From: Candidatus Saccharimonadales bacterium
GTDB lineage: Bacteria; Patescibacteriota; Microgenomatia; Woykebacterales; RBG-16-39-9b
DNA length: 59,520 bases
Assembly: GCA_035480955.1 (NCBI GenBank)
Contig: DATIHF010000071.1
Coordinates: 1 to 59,520 of the forward strand
Reading direction: 5' to 3'
Shown: in pieces, positions 53,906-59,520 of the stretch
Position numbering within the stretch: position 1 is the first letter of the stretch
How the letters are laid out: each line of letters begins with the position of its first letter
Program-made: the position numbers and the translations under genes
Notes under the pieces: generated by a model
The model's input: the letters and a program-made list of their open reading frames with translations, nothing else
Databases searched by the model: none
Told to the model about the DNA's origin: nothing

Positions 53906-54396
53906 CCCAGTCTGATAAAGCTATTAATATGGAAAAGACTAAACAAAAGCTGTGTAATTACAAAAGCAGCAACCACAATTACTAAGCCAATGAAGGCGTT
54001 GGTGAGAGTACCTCTGGCGGCCATTGTTGCTTTCTCGTCGCCTCCGGCAAGTAAGTAACGAAGCCCTCCGTAAATGAACATAAAAAAGAAGACAATTCCA
54101 GCGACCGCATAAACAAGCTGCACTAAACTAGCGATTATCCCGTTGATATCAGTTGGTACACCAAGCTGCACAGTGTTTATTCTACCTACAGAGGCGGAGT
54201 TACCGTTATTTTGAAGTGTACCACCACCATTCCGGTTGGTATTTGGATCGTTGTTACACACCTCGGTCCCATCAGGCTGCAGTTGGCAATTGAAATTAAG
54301 ACCCTGAGCAGAACTTTTGGCAGGGAAAATAGCAAAAAACGAAAATAAGAGAAGTGAAAGAGTAAGTATTGGGCTAACTTTGTTTAAGATACTCAT
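53902..54396 (-). CDS. T4SS pilin-like protein, paralogue 3
   Basis: Signal peptide. Core GGLRYLLAGGDEKATMAARGTLTNAFIGLVIVVAA. Confidence 0.65.
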   Translation of the reverse strand: MSILNKVSPILTLSLLLFSFFAIFPAKSSAQGLNFNCQLQPDGTEVCNNDPNTNRNGGGTLQNNGNSASVGRINTVQLGVPTDINGIIASLVQLVYAVAGIVFFFMFIYGGLRYLLAGGDEKATMAARGTLTNAFIGLVIVVAAFVITQLLFSLFHINSFIRLG

Positions 54397-55058
54397 GAGA
54401 TTAAACCACCAGAGTTAAAGAGTACCTGGGCGATTAATCTAATTATGACTAATGCAGAAATCATTAGCAACAGCCCTACCGCAGCATGAGTTAGCGTGGC
54501 TCGCGCGTCAGCTATGGCTTTCTCATCTCCGCGAGCAAGCATATAGCGTATTCCACCCCAGAGTAACATCAAGAAAAAAACAACACCCCCAACAGCAAGA
54601 AGTAGGAGCAAAATTTGAGTTACCAGACCACCAAAGCTTTGGTAGTGCTGATCCTGACCGATGCAGGTCCCAGTAACCAGACGAAAGGCACAAGAAAGAT
54701 TGAATTGGTTGCCATTTGTAATCGCACCAGGAAGATTACTAGTCCCAAAAAAGTTAATTCCAAAGACTTTTTCAAAGACGCCACTTAAAGAAGCAGCTCC
54801 TAGGACAATTACCAAACCTATAACAGAGCCGGTCATCGTTCCCCGAGCACCGTCAGCTGCTTTTGGATCTCCTCTGGATATCAGATAGCGCAGAGCACCG
54901 ATGGTAAACATTACAACTGCAAATAGAGCAACTAGCGCGAATACTATCGTCAAACCAAGAGTGAGAATATCTCCTAGACTATTGAAACGGGTGACTGGGT
55001 TGGGAACATTCGTTAAACTAGGATCACCTGCTAAAACAGCTTGGTACAAATAATTCAT
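54393..55058 (-). CDS. Tandem double T4SS pilin-like protein, paralogue 2
   Basis: Two cores in one ORF: GALRYLISRGDPKAADGARGTMTGSVIGLVIVLGA and GGIRYMLARGDEKAIADARATLTHAAVGLLLMISA. Confidence 0.65.
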   Translation of the reverse strand: MNYLYQAVLAGDPSLTNVPNPVTRFNSLGDILTLGLTIVFALVALFAVVMFTIGALRYLISRGDPKAADGARGTMTGSVIGLVIVLGAASLSGVFEKVFGINFFGTSNLPGAITNGNQFNLSCAFRLVTGTCIGQDQHYQSFGGLVTQILLLLLAVGGVVFFLMLLWGGIRYMLARGDEKAIADARATLTHAAVGLLLMISALVIIRLIAQVLFNSGGLIS

Positions 55059-55083
55059 AAGGACCTTCTACTTAAAAGGTTTT

Positions 55084-55782
55084 TCATTGTCCTATTGGTA
55101 AACCAAGGATATCGACTCCGATTAGATTCAAAATAAAAACAGAAAAGATAATAATTAACAAACCGACAACAGCACTGGTGATAATGTCCCTGGCTTCTTG
55201 AACTGCCTTTGGGTCTCCTTGGGAGAAAACTAAGCGAAAACCTCCATAAACGATGAGAAGAAAGGCAACTCCACCGGCAATACCAAGAGCAATAGTTAGA
55301 AGAGTAGTAACCAGTTTTTCCGGGTCAGTTGAGATATTACCGATGCCGGTACAAACAGTGTTTGAGGGACAATTGTTGGTAGTCTGAGTTGGCTTACCCG
55401 TATTTGGGTTATTTCCACCCGGATTGTCCCCGATGGAGCCGCTGGGGAGAGTAACAGAACACAGCACTGGGGATCCTTTAGATTTGCGAATTGTAATTCC
55501 AGTAAAGTCTAGGTCAGGAGCAACCAAGGTTACCTTATAAGTATCCTCATCAGTAAAGTGGATATCAACATTGTAATTTGTCCCCTCGTAAGCAACAATG
55601 AATCGGGGGTGATCTTGGTTAAACCTTATAGTTAACTCATAGGTTGTTCTTCTCGTAACAGCTTTATCGACACTAGCCGTACAGCTATCTGCCGCTCGAA
55701 TAGGTGGTGGAAAGATAGCAATTAAAGAGAAAAGAGTTAAAAAAGTGAATAGTTTAACACGGTTAAGACTAAGGAGAGGCAT
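55084..55782 (-). CDS. T4SS pilin-like protein with an extra N-terminal domain of about 120 aa, paralogue 1
   Basis: Signal peptide. Core GGFRLVFSQGDPKAVQEARDIITSAVVGLLIIIFS. Confidence 0.6.
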   Translation of the reverse strand: MPLLSLNRVKLFTFLTLFSLIAIFPPPIRAADSCTASVDKAVTRRTTYELTIRFNQDHPRFIVAYEGTNYNVDIHFTDEDTYKVTLVAPDLDFTGITIRKSKGSPVLCSVTLPSGSIGDNPGGNNPNTGKPTQTTNNCPSNTVCTGIGNISTDPEKLVTTLLTIALGIAGGVAFLLIVYGGFRLVFSQGDPKAVQEARDIITSAVVGLLIIIFSVFILNLIGVDILGLPIGQ

Positions 55783-55881
55783 TAGCTCAATATTAACGAA
55801 AATACAGTTGCTAAGTCAAACCTAAAACTTCCTAAATTTGGTTCGGTAAGGTAAAATAGAAGCTCTACAAAGTCTCTCTTT

Positions 55882-57612
55882 ATGCCCAAAAAACTAATAA
55901 TCCTAATCATTGTGCTCTCTTTTTTTGCACTGATGCGTGGGCCCATAAAAGCAGATGAGCTGCTTGATGTTCAAAACCAAATCAACAAAAAAAATTCAGA
56001 ACTCTCCACTACTCAGGCTAATCTGGCAAAAATTCAGAGAGACATCTCAAGCCTCTCTTCAAATATCAATGGTTCCCAGGCGGATTTAGCAAAAGCCAGT
56101 GCCCAAGCTAGTGAGGTCCAAAAAGAACTAGATAAAGCAGAAGATGACCTGACCCAAAAAAGAGCCTCCTTGGACTATCTGATCAATGTCCGCAACAAGC
56201 AGATCAGGGAAGTTTACCAATTCCCAGAAAGAACTCCGCTGGAACTTTTTCTTTCCAAAGGAGACCTCACTGGTTTCTCAGAAAACCTTTCTTACCAGTC
56301 TCAGGTTTTGGGAGACTCTCACAAGCTGATCAAGACAGTTAACGAGGAGGTGGTCGTGTTGGAGAAAGCGCGCAATGATGTTTTGAAATCAAAAAATGAT
56401 CTAGACACACTGGTGGCCTCAATTAACTCCAAACTTGCTTCGCTAAAATCCAGCTATTCTGGAGCGGTCGGTCAGCAAGCTTACCTGAGCAACCAAACAG
56501 TCAAGATCAAATCTTCTTTGGGAGGGCTCACTACTAAGCAAAACCAATTGATTGCGACCAAGATCGGTAATTCGATCGCCACTGGCTCCCTTGCACTGGC
56601 TGATGATGCCAACGCCCGCTTGTCTTTTAACCCGGGTTTTTCGCCCGCCTTTGCCGCCTTTTCTTTTGGTGCTTACACCCACCGCAATGGAATGAGTCAA
56701 TACGGAGCCTTGGGTAGAGCTAATTCAGGGCAATCAGCAGAGCAAATTTTAGCCAAATACTATCCAGGAACAACCCTAAATAAAAACTACTCAATTCCCG
56801 GAACAATTGTAGTCAATGGTACCAATGATTATGGTCAAAACTTCAACAATGTTACCTATGGTTTTAATGAATACATCAAGCACCTTTACGAGGTGCCTTC
56901 AAGTTGGCCAATTGAGGTTTTAAAAGCCCAGGCCGTTGCTGCTCGCAGTTACGCGATTCGTTACGGCTCGCCGATCTGTCCTTCCCAGAGTTGCCAAGAA
57001 GTTAAACAGGAAATCAACGCTAGTAGTTGGCAAAGTGCGGTGGACGCGACCAGTAACTGGGTCCTAACCGGCGGGTCGGGAAGTTTCCAATACTCTTCTA
57101 CTTCAGGCGGCTACCTCAACACTTCAGGTTGGGACACAACCTGTGGCAATATTAGTTGTTGGCCTTCCTCGGCCTATGAAAGTATCGGCGGCTCCCCCTG
57201 GTTTTATAAAGGCTGGTACAAAAGTCTTGGCGGGGCTACTTGTGGACGCTCTCATCCTTGGCTAACCCAAACAGAATTTACTGACATTCTTAATTCCTGG
57301 GTTGTTTACACCAGAGGAAGCGCCGCTGATAAAGCAAGAGTTGTCAGTACCGACACTGCTTGCTGGGGAGGGAGTCCTTACTCAGTATCCGAAATGAAAG
57401 CTCGGGCAGATGCACTGGGTGGTTCTTACAGCAGCGTTTCTGGTAACCCAGTGATGACACCGGATTCTGGAGGATTTACTTCGTCGATGACTTTTTATAC
57501 CGATAGGGGTGGTCTGACGATTAGCGGCGGGGCCTTTAAAGATATCTTCAACTTGCGAGCACCTGGTTACCTAGTTATTAAAACTCCTCTCTACAATATT
57601 GAGCGTAAATAA
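55882..57612 (+). CDS. Coiled-coil plus SpoIID/LytB-domain cell-wall remodelling protein
   Basis: EYIKHLYEVPSSWPIEVLKAQAVAARSYAI is a typical SpoIID block. N-terminal signal/anchor and coiled coil. Confidence 0.7.
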   Translation: MPKKLIILIIVLSFFALMRGPIKADELLDVQNQINKKNSELSTTQANLAKIQRDISSLSSNINGSQADLAKASAQASEVQKELDKAEDDLTQKRASLDYLINVRNKQIREVYQFPERTPLELFLSKGDLTGFSENLSYQSQVLGDSHKLIKTVNEEVVVLEKARNDVLKSKNDLDTLVASINSKLASLKSSYSGAVGQQAYLSNQTVKIKSSLGGLTTKQNQLIATKIGNSIATGSLALADDANARLSFNPGFSPAFAAFSFGAYTHRNGMSQYGALGRANSGQSAEQILAKYYPGTTLNKNYSIPGTIVVNGTNDYGQNFNNVTYGFNEYIKHLYEVPSSWPIEVLKAQAVAARSYAIRYGSPICPSQSCQEVKQEINASSWQSAVDATSNWVLTGGSGSFQYSSTSGGYLNTSGWDTTCGNISCWPSSAYESIGGSPWFYKGWYKSLGGATCGRSHPWLTQTEFTDILNSWVVYTRGSAADKARVVSTDTACWGGSPYSVSEMKARADALGGSYSSVSGNPVMTPDSGGFTSSMTFYTDRGGLTISGGAFKDIFNLRAPGYLVIKTPLYNIERK

Positions 57613-57675
57613 ATTAAACGAGAGTAATTTACCTCTTTAGAAAAAATTTCTAATTCTGCTAAAATAGCACTGCCT

Positions 57676-58224
57676 ATGAAAGTCCTTAAACCGCCGGACC
57701 CCTCGTTTAAATTTGAAACCCAAGAGGACGAAGAAGAAGTTTTACTTTTGCTCAGAGCCCACCTAATAACTAATGTGGGCTGGATCATTGCCGCGCTCAT
57801 TTTGTCGGCACTGCCGTTGATTTTCACCAATACTAATCTTTTTGACCCCATTTTCTCCCAAATTCCAATCTCCTCAGTTGCGGGTAGAAGTTTGATAATA
57901 CTTTGGTATTTGTTTGTGCTAGCCTTTATCGTTCAGAATGTTTTGAGCTGGTATTTCAATGTTTATGTGGTCACTAATTTACGAATTGTTGACTTTGATT
58001 TTCTGCAGCTGCTCTATAAAAAAATCTCCTCGACAGAACTAGAACAAATTGAAGATGTCACCACCACTAAAGGTGGTATTGCCCAAACTCTTTTCGACTA
58101 CGGAGACTTGAGAGTACAGACCGCCGGGACCTCGCCTGAGTTTGAGTTTACTCGAATACCAAACCCTGACTTAGTCCAAAATATTATTGAGGAAGCGATG
58201 GAAAGGGTGGAAAAAAGTGGTTGA
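57676..58224 (+). CDS. Membrane protein with a bacterial PH (YdbS/YdbT-like) domain
   Basis: EEEVLLLLRAH, 2 TM, then DVTTTKGGIAQTLFDYGDLRVQTAG. Confidence 0.5.
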   Translation: MKVLKPPDPSFKFETQEDEEEVLLLLRAHLITNVGWIIAALILSALPLIFTNTNLFDPIFSQIPISSVAGRSLIILWYLFVLAFIVQNVLSWYFNVYVVTNLRIVDFDFLQLLYKKISSTELEQIEDVTTTKGGIAQTLFDYGDLRVQTAGTSPEFEFTRIPNPDLVQNIIEEAMERVEKSG

Positions 58225-58432
58225 TTTCTCGCTGGTTGGGGGAAACCTAATCAAAATAGTGGATAGCGTCTTTTTGATTTTATTTTTTATTTACTCTTTA
58301 CTTACAGTGCGACAAGTTAGTATTATGAATCACTCGGTCGTTACGAGAGCTGCCTTTTTCATCCAAATACTAGCGTGGTTGCAGCTTGCTTTGGGAGTAT
58401 TGGTAGCGGTTGTAATTTTTATGGCTTTCTAA
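58187..58432 (+). CDS. Hypothetical small membrane protein
   Basis: Track ORF with 2 hydrophobic segments. Start uncertain. Confidence 0.35.
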   Translation: MRKRWKGWKKVVDFSLVGGNLIKIVDSVFLILFFIYSLLTVRQVSIMNHSVVTRAAFFIQILAWLQLALGVLVAVVIFMAF

Positions 58433-58435
58433 AAC

Positions 58436-59520
58436 ATGGATAAAACTCTTTTTAACCAAGTAGGTGAAGTTAAAGGTGCCGCTAGTGAGTTAGAGGACTC
58501 TTTCAGCTTTCAGTTCACTCCACAAAATGAAAATCTAAAGAAAACTAGAGGTTCACTTTTCACTCTCGTTACCGTTTCTGGTAAGGTCGATGACCGCTAC
58601 GAAAAGGCGAAGAGCGTTTACCAGCAGCTGCAGAGCAGCTATTACGCCAAAACTTCGGGAAGTATTCTCCATTCTCTGTCCGAAACTCAAGACCACCTAA
58701 TTAAAGAGACTCTGAGTAAAGAAGAAGAGCAGGGAATCAAATACTCAATTCTCTCGGCAGTTTTTTGGGGTAGTGTTCTCTACCTTGGTAAAGTTGGCGA
58801 CGGAGCAGTCTTTGTCGGCCGTGGCGATAAAGTTAAACGTTTGGAATTTAGTAAGGTTGCTAGTGGTGTACTGGAAAGTCAGGACACGATTTGTTTAGCC
58901 GCGGAAAAGTTTGCCCAGGAAGTCTCTCTTGAAGACCTGCAGGAAGCTATCAATACTGAAAATTTTGAGAAAGCGCTAGAAAATTTGGACCAGAAGATTG
59001 GTAAGATTGAAGGCGCTGTTTGTGTAGTCGTGCGTCTTTCCGTCAACGCTCCATTAGAAAAAGCCGAAGGGCTCGCCATTGCAGAGTTTAATGAAAAAGG
59101 GGAAGTAGAGAGAGAAAAAGAAATGGAATCAAAACCAGAAGAGCCAGCCGTGGCAGAGACACAAGAAGCTCTCGAAGATAAAGACACTACGCTAGAAGAA
59201 AAAATTTCCCAAGAAGAGCAGCAGGAGGAAAAAATCGAAGAGAAGGCTCCAGAGAGGGAAAACGATCCTTTTGCCAATGAGCCAACTAAAAAACCCAACC
59301 GTATAACACCAATAATTGCAGCAGTCAGCCTCTATGCCACAAGGGCTTTTAACTATATCGCAAAACCTTGGCGTAAACCCCCACCTGGAGAAGAATATGA
59401 CCCAGTCAGCCGACGCAAAGCTCGGATAATTCAGATTGTTGCGGTGATTATTTTAGTCTTATTCCTGAGCCTTTTCTTTGGTTTCTTTGGTAAAAGATCC
59501 TCAGTCAAAGAAAATAAAGC
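58436..59520 (+). CDS. Hypothetical protein with a complete 5' end, running off the window; acidic linker then a C-terminal TM
   Basis: Not in the track (no stop in window). The ATG at 58436 opens a frame that stays open to 59520. LYLGKVGDGAVFVGRGDK weakly recalls PP2C-like folds. The track ORF 58879..59298(-) is its antisense. Confidence 0.5.
   Translation, partial: MDKTLFNQVGEVKGAASELEDSFSFQFTPQNENLKKTRGSLFTLVTVSGKVDDRYEKAKSVYQQLQSSYYAKTSGSILHSLSETQDHLIKETLSKEEEQGIKYSILSAVFWGSVLYLGKVGDGAVFVGRGDKVKRLEFSKVASGVLESQDTICLAAEKFAQEVSLEDLQEAINTENFEKALENLDQKIGKIEGAVCVVVRLSVNAPLEKAEGLAIAEFNEKGEVEREKEMESKPEEPAVAETQEALEDKDTTLEEKISQEEQQEEKIEEKAPERENDPFANEPTKKPNRITPIIAAVSLYATRAFNYIAKPWRKPPPGEEYDPVSRRKARIIQIVAVIILVLFLSLFFGFFGKRSSVKENK

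Noticed and set aside
58879-59298. Track ORF 58879..59298(-), a Ser-rich 139-aa protein
   Set aside because: It is the antisense of an open plus-strand frame (58436 to the window end) encoding a Glu/Lys-rich protein. The Ser/Phe-rich translation is its mirror artefact.

Overview
This 59.5-kb window looks like the origin region of a low-GC, gene-dense bacterial chromosome. The short housekeeping proteins and the T4SS-pilin family suggest a Patescibacteria/CPR-like organism, but that is inference only.

**Backbone genes**
- Left part: a UvrD-type helicase-nuclease, rmuC, metG, tatD, a GT2/GT4/UbiA envelope cluster, tRNA-Cys, groES-groEL behind a CIRCE-like operator, galU, tsaD and valS.
- Origin block: rplY, then rpmH-rnpA-yidD-yidC-jag facing dnaA-dnaN-recF, with DnaA boxes between them.
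- Right part (about 37.7-58.4 kb): a Gram-positive-style type IV secretion/pilus locus. It has a VirB4-like ATPase that may be split in two, a PrgI/VirB3-like protein, a VirB6-like polytopic protein, an HExxH protein, a SpoIID-like protein and six tandem T4SS-pilin paralogues.

**Main observation**
Four sharply GC-rich cassettes interrupt this backbone: A (1-2522), B (about 20.69-21.06 kb), C (24.18-28.25 kb) and D (about 43.8-47.8 kb, inside the T4SS locus).
- Each is a self-contained transcription unit with a near-consensus TTGACA-17-TGC-TAnAnT promoter and a hairpin terminator.
- They encode only proteins I could not place in a family. These include a 1158-aa protein, a PD-(D/E)xK-like protein that is missing from the ORF track, a ZAS/HEAT-like protein and several micro-ORFs. 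The one exception is an alpha/beta hydrolase.
- Cassette C carries repeated two-hairpin leader modules (CTTAAG-framed), each starting 78-88 nt upstream of a start codon, with compensatory stem changes.

I saw no integrase, transposase, CRISPR array or rRNA. All product calls rest on motifs read by eye; no database search was possible.
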